Shown here one piece after another: positions 18,714 through 27,856 of a stretch of 32,000 nt of DNA. The DNA comes from Zymomonas mobilis subsp. mobilis ATCC 10988 (GTDB lineage: Bacteria; Pseudomonadota; Alphaproteobacteria; Sphingomonadales; Sphingomonadaceae): assembly GCF_000175255.2 (NCBI RefSeq), contig NC_017262.1, positions 1,560,001 through 1,592,000 of the forward strand. The letters run 5' to 3'. Within the stretch, counting starts at the first letter, position 1; each line of letters starts with the position of its first letter. The translations under genes were made by a program, and so were the position numbers. The notes under the pieces were generated by a model. That model had not been told where the DNA came from, ran no database searches, and saw nothing but the letters and a program-made list of their open reading frames with translations.

Positions 18714-21332
18714 TTACTGATTTGACCAACGCTTCAAAGCCGGTTCGACAAGATGGCGCTGAACACTGTTATAGGTGATCTGGTTGATAACCCGCTGAGC
18801 AGACTGACGCGAACGCTGCGGCAGATATTTCTGGGCATAGGTTTTAACCTGACCGGCCAGAGTCATATTGTCGCCCGTCAAGGCCAGATTAGCAATGAAG
18901 CGCGCCCGTGCGGTTTCTTCGATAAAGGCATTAACCTTTTCACGATGATCGACTGCCCAATTAAAGGCCAGATCAGGATGGTTGCGTGCCACGATTGAAA
19001 TCAAGGCTGCGCGGGTCGGTGCATTCGCTTCATCCGTCAGAGCCAACTCAAGCGTTTTTCTTGCCAATTCCTTGTTATTGGTCGCTGCCAAGGCATGGTA
19101 AAGCTGACGCTGACCGGAAGGATCTTTTTCCTTCTTGGCCATGTCGCGCAGTTTTTCCCACATTTCGTTATCGGCATTATAGCCAACGACCTGCAATACC
19201 GCCTCACGGATAGAAGCCGGAATGCTGTCCAGACCATTATTCAAATAGCGCTGGGCGGTGTCGATGGTTTCCTTGTCACCCATTTTACCGAGTAACGGAA
19301 TCAGGCTTTCGCGCAAATCACTGGTGGCGGTCGAGTCACTGACCGAGGATGCCCAACCGATACGGGTCAGTTGCGGTTTTAAACGGGCTATGGCTTTCTG
19401 ACGGAATGCAGCCTGAACCGGACTATGGTCGAGGCGACCGTCAAAGCTGGCGATCTGGTCAGAAACAACATTCAATAACAACGGATCGGAATCCGGTGAG
19501 ATCTGTCCTAACAAGGCCAGATGCTGATCGAAGCTTTCATATCCGCCGCTGGCCAAAGCCATGCTGTCGCTGATAAATCCGACCTGATCCGATAAGGGCA
19601 GGCTCGGCAATTTATCGCTCAAGTCTTTGAAATGTTGCGGCGCATAAAGCGTCCGATAATAACCGAACTGACCCGGATTGATGATTGGCAAAGAGTCAAC
19701 CGGTGCCTGAACCGTCTGATAGGTGGGGCCACTGACCGTCACCGTCGTTGCAGCTTTCTGCTGTCCAGCAGCACCAATAGCAACCGGAACAATCCAGCTA
19801 CGTGAGGTATGTGATGCCGGATCAAGAGCAAACCGATCCTGTGCCAGATTGATGCGGGTGATACCCCCAGCCGTTATGGGCTCGCTGGCACGAATGAGCG
19901 GAACACCGCCTTGCAGAGTGAAGCTGTCAGCGAAACTCTTAACATCTTTGCCAGATGCCTGACTTAACGCTTTCCAGAGGTCATCAGTCGTCGTGTTATT
20001 ATATTTGTTGGCGGCCATATATTGGCGCAAACCATCACGGAACTGATCGGGGCCAATGGCGGCTTCGATCATGCGGATTACTGCCTGACCTTTGGAATAG
20101 GTGATGGTATCGAAAGCCTGATCGATTTCATCCACGGTACCGACATGCTGAATGATCGGATGGGTCGTGGATTTTGCATCCATCGAGAAGGCTGCTTGAC
20201 GGGCATAAGCCACGGTTTGCGCCGGAACATTCCAACCAGGATTCAGATCGCCCGTGACTTTTGAAGCCATCCATGAGGCAAAGCCTTCATTCAGCCATAG
20301 ATCGTCCCACCACTGCATCGTGACCAAATCGCCGAACCATTGATGCGCCATTTCATGGGCAACAACATTGAAGATAGTCTGATGCGCGCTTTCAGGGCTA
20401 CGTTTCGGATCGAACAAGACAGCCCGATCAAAATACATGATAGCGCCCCAATTTTCCATGGCCGAGAAGAACTGGGAAGAGCTGGGAACGGCAATCATAT
20501 CCATTTTAGGCAAAGGATAGGGTGTGCCGAAATAATTGTTATAATAGGTCAGAATCTGGGAAGCTGCATTCAAGGCATAATCGCCCTGATCGGTTGCACC
20601 GCGACGGGTAATGATTCCGATTTCGGTATCTCCGACTTTAACCGCTTTCCGGTCAAGCTTACCAACACCCAAGAAGAGCAGATAGCTCGACATCTTCGGA
20701 GTTTCCGCAAAACGGGTGGTAACCAGATCACTGCCATTTTTTTCGGTGGCGACGACCGGCATATTGGAGAAGGCCAGTTCATCAGCCGGAGCCGTTACCG
20801 CCATTGTAAAGGTGGCTTTGTCATCCGGTTGATCCCACATCGGTGCGAAATAGCGCGCATCGGCAGGTTCAAACTGGGTAACCAGCATCCGCTGGGGGCC
20901 GTCATTATCCTGATAATCAACAGCGAAAAGACCCGCAGAAGACTGGTTGATTCTACCGCGATAGTTGATCGTCAATTCATGCTGACCAACCTGAATCGTG
21001 CCATTGTCACTGGTGTTGATTAAAAGCTGTTGTGCGGGGGCATCAAGCTTCCATTCAACTTTTTTGCCATCCAATGTAATGTCATCAATGACCAAATCGG
21101 CGGCGTTCATGGCGATTACATGTTCAGGTGCCTGAACATTGATCGTAATCTTTTCACGACCGCTAAAGATTAGATCTTTGGCATTAGGTTGTACCGAGAT
21201 ATCATAATGCAGAGGCTTGATGTCTTCTGGCAGACGACCATCCGGATTGGCAAAGGCCGCTGTTGCCATGGCTGGCAATAGAAGGACGGGCGCATGTCGA
21301 AGAAAAGATTTTAATCGGGACTTCTTGAACAT
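18714..21332 (-). CDS. pepN: M1-family aminopeptidase N, with signal peptide
   Basis: ORF (18714-21362) with SAMENWGAIMYFD, HEMAHQWFGDLVTMQWWDDLWLNEGFASW (HExxH-x18-E); MFKKSRLKSFLRHAPVLLLPAMATAAFA at 21332 is the likely start. Confidence 0.93.
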   Translation of the reverse strand: MFKKSRLKSFLRHAPVLLLPAMATAAFANPDGRLPEDIKPLHYDISVQPNAKDLIFSGREKITINVQAPEHVIAMNAADLVIDDITLDGKKVEWKLDAPAQQLLINTSDNGTIQVGQHELTINYRGRINQSSAGLFAVDYQDNDGPQRMLVTQFEPADARYFAPMWDQPDDKATFTMAVTAPADELAFSNMPVVATEKNGSDLVTTRFAETPKMSSYLLFLGVGKLDRKAVKVGDTEIGIITRRGATDQGDYALNAASQILTYYNNYFGTPYPLPKMDMIAVPSSSQFFSAMENWGAIMYFDRAVLFDPKRSPESAHQTIFNVVAHEMAHQWFGDLVTMQWWDDLWLNEGFASWMASKVTGDLNPGWNVPAQTVAYARQAAFSMDAKSTTHPIIQHVGTVDEIDQAFDTITYSKGQAVIRMIEAAIGPDQFRDGLRQYMAANKYNNTTTDDLWKALSQASGKDVKSFADSFTLQGGVPLIRASEPITAGGITRINLAQDRFALDPASHTSRSWIVPVAIGAAGQQKAATTVTVSGPTYQTVQAPVDSLPIINPGQFGYYRTLYAPQHFKDLSDKLPSLPLSDQVGFISDSMALASGGYESFDQHLALLGQISPDSDPLLLNVVSDQIASFDGRLDHSPVQAAFRQKAIARLKPQLTRIGWASSVSDSTATSDLRESLIPLLGKMGDKETIDTAQRYLNNGLDSIPASIREAVLQVVGYNADNEMWEKLRDMAKKEKDPSGQRQLYHALAATNNKELARKTLELALTDEANAPTRAALISIVARNHPDLAFNWAVDHREKVNAFIEETARARFIANLALTGDNMTLAGQVKTYAQKYLPQRSRQSAQRVINQITYNSVQRHLVEPALKRWSNQ

Positions 21333-21813
21333 TAAGGCACCTTTAAAAACGAGGCATAGCATTTGTAAATAATGGTCAAGCCATGCCTTTGTATTGTTTA
21401 AATAAATAGCTTTTTATGAAGTATGCTGTTACTATATAAAAAAATTATATAGTTAATGTTTATTAAACTTCATGTTAAATCCATAGCAATTTTACACTTT
21501 TTGAACCTATCTTTAACAGAACGTCTATCAGGATAAAAAGTTCATTCTTTTTATGATCGCGTTATAAAAATTTGCAGCAGATCTATTCTGCTTTAAACGC
21601 GATAAAGGCCTGTTCATTCTGAAAAAGATTTCTATTCATGCTATGATCCTTGGAAAGGATGATGATATGTTCGTTGGAAAAAGGTTATTTCCGTGCTTGG
21701 GTGTAACATATTGTATAAAATATAAAAATTAAAATTTCTTTTATATAGAATATTATAATAACCTATATCATCAATATAGGAACCGAATGAATAGAGAAAG
21801 ACAGGAAGCTGGA

Positions 21814-22122
21814 ATGATTATTCTCTATCGGGGTCGTGGTATTCTTGCCTTTTTTACTTTCATTTTTGTGATTGCTGCCGAAGATTGGCTGATGCGGAAG
21901 ATGGGGCGATCATCCAGATGTGACTATGCCTCGCTTTTTGCGTGGTCTGTTGCTTTTGTAAACTGGGTTATCGGTCGCTATTTGAACCGCAATGCCTTGG
22001 AAGCAAGAAGAGGGCTTTTGTCCTGTCTTTTCTATAATGCGCCGCATCAGTTTTTGGGCTTGCCGATGGAATTATGGTCAATTCCGCTCTTTGCTTTCGG
22101 TTTTTTCTGCTTCCTTGGCTAA
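21814..22122 (+). CDS. Small membrane protein of unknown function
   Basis: MIILYRGRGILAFFTFIFVIAAEDWLMRK...; AGGAAG-type RBS upstream of ATG 21814 (the ORF also opens at 21787). Confidence 0.6.
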   Translation: MIILYRGRGILAFFTFIFVIAAEDWLMRKMGRSSRCDYASLFAWSVAFVNWVIGRYLNRNALEARRGLLSCLFYNAPHQFLGLPMELWSIPLFAFGFFCFLG

Positions 22123-22247
22123 GGATTTCAACCCTTTAATAGGGCTTTCTAATGAAGTCTTTTGGGGAATATCTTCAAAATAGCTTGAGAAAAGAAACGG
22201 ATTCTGTCTGTTTCCCTTAAAAATTTCAAAAAAGCGGAAAAGGATAG

Positions 22248-22276
22248 TTGCAAGATATCGGTTAGAACGCTAAACA
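22248..22276 (+). promoter_or_regulatory. Sigma70-like promoter for tRNA-Ala(CGC)
   Basis: TTGCAA (22248-22253), 17-nt spacer, TAAACA (22271-22276), 13 nt before the tRNA. Confidence 0.5.
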
Positions 22277-22289
22277 CCATGCCCTAAAT

Positions 22290-22365
22290 GGGGCTGTAGC
22301 TCAGATGGGAGAGCGCTGCAATCGCACTGCAGAGGTCAGGGGTTCGATTCCCCTCAGCTCCACCA
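22290..22365 (+). tRNA. tRNA-Ala, anticodon CGC
   Basis: 76 nt, GGGGCTG...CAGCTCCACCA, anticodon stem CTGCA/TGCAG with loop ATCGCAC, encoded CCA. Confidence 0.96.
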
Positions 22366-22590
22366 GCCATTCTTATGGCTGCTTTCCCCTTATATAACTA
22401 TCCTGACTTAAAGTTCTTTTGCCTATATTGATTGCGGCAGGCTTATTCTTGCCAATATGGTGCCATCTTATCCCTGTTTCCGGCTATACATCCTGCAAAG
22501 CGGATTTTTTCGACCCTCGCTTATAGCTTCATGGACTCGGTTGTCTTTTGATAGACTGTTTCTCTCGATTCCTGTCATAGCGAGGATAAG

Positions 22591-23421
22591 ATGAAATATG
22601 TGAAGCTGCCGGATGGCACCAAAGTGCCAGCTTTGGGACAAGGTACATGGATGATGGGCAGTGCCCATAACCGCGCCACCGAAGTCGCCGCCTTGAAAGA
22701 AGGTATCGCCCTTGGCATGACGCTTATTGATACAGCGGAAATGTATGGCGAAGGGGCGGCTGAAATTTGCGTCGGGGAAGCCATTAAAGGCACCCCAAGA
22801 GAAAGCCTTTTTCTGGTCAGCAAAGCCTATCCGCAAAATGCCTCGCGTAAGACCTTGCCAAAAGTATGCGAGGCAAGCTTAAAACGCCTCGGCACCGATT
22901 ATCTTGATCTTTATCTGTTGCATTGGCGGGGAAGTGTACCTTTTGCTGAAACCATCGAAACGATGGAAGCCTTGCAATCGGCTGGAAAAATCCGTCGTTG
23001 GGGTGTCAGCAATCTTGATACCGATGATATGGAAGAGTGGATTGCCGCTGGTGGTCAAGCCTGCACAACAGATCAAATCCTGTATAATCTGACCCGTCGC
23101 GGGCCTGAATTTGATCTTATCCCTTGGCTTCGTAAGCATCATATGCCGGTTATGGCCTATAGTCCGGTTGAACAAGGTCGTTTGTTAAAAAATCCGGCTT
23201 TGATCGCCTTGGCACAGGCATTGAATGTTACCCCAGCCCAACTAGGCTTGGCATGGGTGATGCGCCATCCTGACATTATGGCTATTCCAAAGGCGGGTCA
23301 TGTCGCTCATGTAAAGGAAAATTTTGCATCGCTGGATATTGTGCTAGATGACACTATTCTGGCGGAATTAGATAAATTATTTCCGGCACCCACCCGAAAA
23401 CAGCATCTCGCTATCTTATAA
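22591..23421 (+). CDS. Aldo/keto reductase
   Basis: 276-aa ORF with LGQGTWMMG, LIDTAEMYGEGAAE, LDLYLLHWRG, NLDTDDMEEW, VMAYSPVEQG, AIPKAGHVAHVKEN. Confidence 0.93.
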   Translation: MKYVKLPDGTKVPALGQGTWMMGSAHNRATEVAALKEGIALGMTLIDTAEMYGEGAAEICVGEAIKGTPRESLFLVSKAYPQNASRKTLPKVCEASLKRLGTDYLDLYLLHWRGSVPFAETIETMEALQSAGKIRRWGVSNLDTDDMEEWIAAGGQACTTDQILYNLTRRGPEFDLIPWLRKHHMPVMAYSPVEQGRLLKNPALIALAQALNVTPAQLGLAWVMRHPDIMAIPKAGHVAHVKENFASLDIVLDDTILAELDKLFPAPTRKQHLAIL

Positions 23422-23443
23422 AAATAGTCAATGGATGAGGGAA

Positions 23444-23476
23444 GGCAGGCCGCTTCAAAACGACCTGTCCTTTTTT
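23444..23476 (+). terminator. Probable terminator between two convergent genes
   Basis: GGCAGG...CCTGTC stem with one G-T pair followed by CTTTTTT. Confidence 0.5.
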
Positions 23477-23477
23477 A

Positions 23478-24533
23478 TCAAAAAAGCGCCTCTGGCATCG
23501 TCAAAACGATTTTGCCGCAATGATCACGGCTTTCCATTCTTTTATGGGCATCTTGCACTTTTTCTAATGGAAAGCTGCTGTCAATCAGGGGATGGCATTG
23601 GCCTTGTTCTAATAATGGCCAGACTTTTTCTCTCAACGAACGGGCAATATTGGCTTTCTCATCGGCTGTTCTGGCACGCATTGTTGATCCGCTGATAGTG
23701 GCTCGCTTGAATATCAGAGGCAATAAATCGAATTTATCAGCAATTCGTCCTCCCATCGCCCCGACAATGACAAGGCGACCGCCAAAGGCCAAAGCCTTCA
23801 TATTACGGGAAAAATAAGAACCCCCAATAATATCGAGGATGACATCAACACCTTTCCCCGCCATTTCTTCCTGAATAATTGTCAGAAAATCCTGCTCATT
23901 GTAATTGATAGCTATTGCGCCGAGTTTTTCGACTGCGGCGGCCTTTTCTTGATTGCCGACCGTGGTAAAAACTTTCAGGCCACAGGCCTTCGCCAAGATG
24001 ATGGCTGTGCTGCCGATGCCGCTACTGCCTCCATGAACAAGTACGGTTTCACCCGATTTTGCCTGACCGATATCAAAAAGATTCGCCCATACCGTGAAAT
24101 AGGTTTCGGGGATCGCGGCGGCTTCCGTTAAGGAAAGATTGTCAGGGACGGGCAGGGCTTGTTTGGCCGGAATAACCCCATATTCGGCATAGCCGCCGCC
24201 ATTGGTCAGGCCGCATATTCTGTCACCGATTTTGAATTCTTCGACATTTTGGCCAAGGGCAATCACGGTTCCGGATATTTCCAATCCGGGTATCGGGGTA
24301 GCATCCGGTGGCAAAGGATATTGTCCCATGCGCTGGATAATATCTGGGCGGTTGATACCGGCTGCCGCAATTTTTACCAAAATTTCATCCGCTTTTGGCG
24401 TCGGAATAGGTGCATCATGGAGAGCTAGAACATCAGCTGACCCTGCTTCTTTGATGATAACTTCTTTCATCATGTTGCTTGCCATTTTTATATCCTCCGG
24501 CATATCCAGTAAAATCTTTAAAGACAGTTCCAT
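23478..24533 (-). CDS. NAD(P)H:quinone oxidoreductase, zinc-independent MDR superfamily
   Basis: 351-aa ORF with AAGINRPDIIQRMGQYP, AAIPETYFTVWANLFD, VLVHGGSSGIGSTAI and DVILDIIGG. Confidence 0.9.
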   Translation of the reverse strand: MELSLKILLDMPEDIKMASNMMKEVIIKEAGSADVLALHDAPIPTPKADEILVKIAAAGINRPDIIQRMGQYPLPPDATPIPGLEISGTVIALGQNVEEFKIGDRICGLTNGGGYAEYGVIPAKQALPVPDNLSLTEAAAIPETYFTVWANLFDIGQAKSGETVLVHGGSSGIGSTAIILAKACGLKVFTTVGNQEKAAAVEKLGAIAINYNEQDFLTIIQEEMAGKGVDVILDIIGGSYFSRNMKALAFGGRLVIVGAMGGRIADKFDLLPLIFKRATISGSTMRARTADEKANIARSLREKVWPLLEQGQCHPLIDSSFPLEKVQDAHKRMESRDHCGKIVLTMPEALF

Positions 24534-24707
24534 CCAATCAGGCTATCCCGACCCAAGGCGCGTATTGGGTTATCTTATCACAGGCAAAGCCATTTGTTTT
24601 TTGTTATTGAAAGGCAGAAGATATCTTGCCCCTTCAAAGCTGGCTTGCCACATAGCGGAGATAGTCGCTGATAATTCCTCTTACGCATAAGAAGGCGGAA
24701 AAGACTG

Positions 24708-25865
24708 ATGCTCAATTTTGATTATTATAATCCGACCCATATTGTTTTTGGTAAAGGCCGTATTGCACAGCTTGATACGCTTTTGTCGAAAGATGCCCGT
24801 GTTTTAGTCCTTTATGGCGGTTCTAGCGCTCAAAAGACCGGCACTTTGGATGAAGTCAGAAAAGCCCTTGGTGACCGCACTTATTTTGAATTTGGTGGTA
24901 TCGAACCCAATCCCAGCTATGAAACTCTGATGAAAGCCGTCGAGCAGGTCAAACAGGAAAAGGTTGATTTTCTGTTGGCTGTTGGGGGTGGATCAGTCAT
25001 TGATGGCACCAAATTCGTAGCAGCCGCCGTGCCTTATGAAGGTGAGCCTTGGGAAATTCTGGAAACGGATGGCAAGAAAATCAAGGAAGCCTTGCCCGTT
25101 GGAACCGTTTTAACCCTGCCGGCTACCGGCTCCGAAATGAACCGGAATAGTGTGGTAACCCGCAAGTCAATCAAATCGAAACGGGGTTTCCATAATGACC
25201 ATGTTTTTCCGGTTTTCTCGATTCTTGACCCGACAAAGGTTTACACTTTGCCGCCGCGCCAGCTGGCAAATGGGGTTGTCGATTCCTTTATTCATATCAC
25301 CGAACAATATCTGACCTATCCGGTTGATGGTATGGTTCAGGATGAATTTGCAGAAGGTCTGCTCCGCACCTTAATCAAAATTGGCCCTGAATTGCTGAAA
25401 GATCAGAAGAATTATGATCTAGCCGCCAATTTTATGTGGACGGCGACCTTGGCTTTGAATGGCTTGATCGGTGCCGGTGTGCCACAGGATTGGGCAACCC
25501 ATATGATTGGTCATGAATTGACGGCCGCCTTTGGTATCGATCATGGTCGGACATTGGCGATTATTCTCCCTTCGCTGTTGCAAAATCAGAGAGAGGCCAA
25601 GAAAGGCAAGCTGCTGCAATATGCCAAGAATGTTTGGCATATTGATCAGGGCTCTGATGATGAACGGATTGATGCCGCAATCGAAAAGACTCGTCATTTC
25701 TTTGAATTATTAGGTATTCCGACCCATCTGAAAGATTATGATGTTGGGGAAGAGTCTATTGATATGCTGGTCAAGGAATTAGAAGCGCATGGCATGTCCC
25801 AGCTAGGCGAACATAAGGCTATTACGCCAGAGGTTAGCCGCGCTATTCTGCTTGCAAGCTTGTAA
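24708..25865 (+). CDS. yqhD: Iron-containing NADPH-type alcohol/aldehyde dehydrogenase, YqhD-like
   Basis: 385-aa ORF closely resembling E. coli YqhD by recall: VLVLYGGSSAQKTGTLDEV, FGGIEPNPSYETLMKAVE, LLAVGGGSVIDGTKF, GLIGAGVPQDWATHMIGHELTAAFGIDHGRTLAI. Confidence 0.9.
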   Translation: MLNFDYYNPTHIVFGKGRIAQLDTLLSKDARVLVLYGGSSAQKTGTLDEVRKALGDRTYFEFGGIEPNPSYETLMKAVEQVKQEKVDFLLAVGGGSVIDGTKFVAAAVPYEGEPWEILETDGKKIKEALPVGTVLTLPATGSEMNRNSVVTRKSIKSKRGFHNDHVFPVFSILDPTKVYTLPPRQLANGVVDSFIHITEQYLTYPVDGMVQDEFAEGLLRTLIKIGPELLKDQKNYDLAANFMWTATLALNGLIGAGVPQDWATHMIGHELTAAFGIDHGRTLAIILPSLLQNQREAKKGKLLQYAKNVWHIDQGSDDERIDAAIEKTRHFFELLGIPTHLKDYDVGEESIDMLVKELEAHGMSQLGEHKAITPEVSRAILLASL

Positions 25866-25913
25866 TTTATTCGAGAAGCCAGAAATGGCTGACTTCTTGT
25901 AAAATATCAAAAG

Positions 25914-25947
25914 AACGGCGCGTCTTATCTTGATGCGCCGTTTTTTT
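25914..25947 (+). terminator. Rho-independent terminator downstream of yqhD-like gene
   Basis: AACGGCGC...GCGCCGTT 8-bp arms plus inner GTC/GAT pairing, followed by T7. Confidence 0.88.
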
Positions 25948-26185
25948 ATAGGGATTGCTTCCGGTCTAGGCCAGAAAACCGACCCATAATATTGTTGTGA
26001 TATTTTGCTTTAATATAATGATATTATAATTTTTGTAGATAGTGCCGAGCTAGACCCCATTATACCGTAAAATCGGTTGTATTTTTTAGAATGGGCATGG
26101 ATATAGGCGGCTATATTACTGAATAATCATAGCTGTTTTGCCTCTTTTTAGGTAAAATCAGGGTAATGACCCAGTCGGGAGACAG

Positions 26186-27592
26186 ATGATTACTGAGCGT
26201 CAGACAGATTCCAATGCGATGTGGGGTGGCCGTTTTTCTGAAGGCCCGACAGCGATTATGCGGGAAATCAATGCCTCGATCCCGTTTGATAAACGCTTAT
26301 GGCAACAGGATATTGCCGGTTCCAAAGCCCATTTGAAAATGCTGGTATCCCGTAACATTATCACGGCAGAAGATGGCCAGAAAATTTTGGAAGGCCTCGA
26401 CAAAATCGCGGCTGAATATGCCGAAAAAGGCGTGCCGGAAGACTGGTCTCTTGAAGACATTCATATGGTTACCGAAAAAAGGCTGGCTGATCTGATCGGT
26501 TCGGCGGCCGGACGTTTGCATACTGCCCGTTCCCGTAACGATCAGGTCGCCACCGATTTTAAATTATGGGTGCGTGATGCCATTGATATGGTCGATAAAG
26601 GCCTGACGGCACTTCAGATGGCTTTGGTCATCCGCGCGGAAGAACATGCCGCGACCGTGATGCCGGGCTTTACCCATTTACAGATCGCCCAGCCGATTAC
26701 GCTTGGTCATCATCTGATGGCTTATTACGAAATGATCAGCCGCGATCGTTCCCGTTTTTCGGATGGTCGTAAAAGATTGAACCAATCGCCTTTAGGGGCC
26801 GCGGCCTTGGCTGGGACGGGGTTCAATATTGATCGTCATCAGACGGCCAAAGCCCTTGGCTTTGATGCGCCTACGGCCAATTCACTGGATTCTGTTTCCG
26901 ACCGTGATTTTGCCTTGGATTATCTGATGTCGGCGACCCAGACTGCCATCCATCTGTCACGTTTAGCAGAAGAGATCATTATCTGGGCAAGTCAGCCTTA
27001 TGGCTTTGTTTCTTTGCCGGATGCCTATTCTACCGGTTCATCCATCATGCCGCAAAAGCGTAATCCTGATGCTGCGGAGTTAGTGCGCGGTCACAGCGGG
27101 CGGATCGCCGGTTGCATGAATGCGTTGGTGATGACGATGAAGGGGCTGCCTCTTGCCTATTCAAAGGATATGCAAGACGACAAGCCGCCGGTCTTTGAAG
27201 CGCATGATTTGCTGTCTTTGGCGATTGCAGCGATGACGGGTATGATCGAAACGCTGACCTTTATTCCTGAAAAAATGCGAAAAACAGCCGAAGCCGGTTT
27301 TTCAACCGCAACCGATTTGGCTGACTGGCTGGTGCGTCAGGCTGGCATTCCTTTCCGCGAGGCGCATCATATTACGGGGTCGGCTGTTCGTCTGGCTGAA
27401 ACTAAAGGCATTGCTTTGGATGCCTTATCTATCGAAGATTTAAAGGCCATTGATCCCCGCATTGATGAATCGGTTAAAGCGGTTCTCTCTGTTGATGCTT
27501 CGGTTGCATCTCGGAATAGCTATGGTGGCACCGCACCGGATCAAGTCCGCGCCCGTATTCTTGATGCCAAAAAGACCTTAGGGTTAAACTGA
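26186..27592 (+). CDS. argH: Argininosuccinate lyase
   Basis: 468-aa ORF with [24 protein letters not shown] and [19 protein letters not shown]. Confidence 0.98.
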   Translation: MITERQTDSNAMWGGRFSEGPTAIMREINASIPFDKRLWQQDIAGSKAHLKMLVSRNIITAEDGQKILEGLDKIAAEYAEKGVPEDWSLEDIHMVTEKRLADLIGSAAGRLHTARSRNDQVATDFKLWVRDAIDMVDKGLTALQMALVIRAEEHAATVMPGFTHLQIAQPITLGHHLMAYYEMISRDRSRFSDGRKRLNQSPLGAAALAGTGFNIDRHQTAKALGFDAPTANSLDSVSDRDFALDYLMSATQTAIHLSRLAEEIIIWASQPYGFVSLPDAYSTGSSIMPQKRNPDAAELVRGHSGRIAGCMNALVMTMKGLPLAYSKDMQDDKPPVFEAHDLLSLAIAAMTGMIETLTFIPEKMRKTAEAGFSTATDLADWLVRQAGIPFREAHHITGSAVRLAETKGIALDALSIEDLKAIDPRIDESVKAVLSVDASVASRNSYGGTAPDQVRARILDAKKTLGLN

Positions 27593-27843
27593 TGCATCTC
27601 CGCTGGGCTATTATCGGGGGTTTATTGCCCGTAGCGTTTATTTTGGGCGGCTGTGGTCAGCGCGGAACGCTTTCCATGCCGCCCGGTCATTCGCCTCAGG
27701 TGAAACCGGAAACCTCCCGCGTCATGCCGGATAGGCAGGATTTGATGAATCCCCCCAGTCAGGCGCGTCCTGACCGAACCCAAGATATTCTCTTACATTC
27801 GACGGTCAGAACTGAAGATTATTTCGATCTTCCGCCTCGCTAG
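27592..27843 (+). CDS. Small outer-membrane lipoprotein, LptM/YifL-like
   Basis: [31 protein letters not shown]: lipobox LGGC followed by GxxGxL; start overlaps the argH stop (TGATG), directly before lysA. Confidence 0.75.
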   Translation: MHLRWAIIGGLLPVAFILGGCGQRGTLSMPPGHSPQVKPETSRVMPDRQDLMNPPSQARPDRTQDILLHSTVRTEDYFDLPPR

Positions 27844-27856
27844 AAAAGTTATAGAT

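Noticed and set aside
20340-21023. 227-aa plus-strand ORF
   Set aside because: It lies fully antisense inside pepN, which has strong protein-level motifs; the composition looks like shadow coding and no family is recognisable.
22365-22380. AGCCAT-TCTT-ATGGCT hairpin after tRNA-Ala(CGC) as a terminator
   Set aside because: Short stem that overlaps the last base of the tRNA and lacks a T-run; too weak to list as a terminator.
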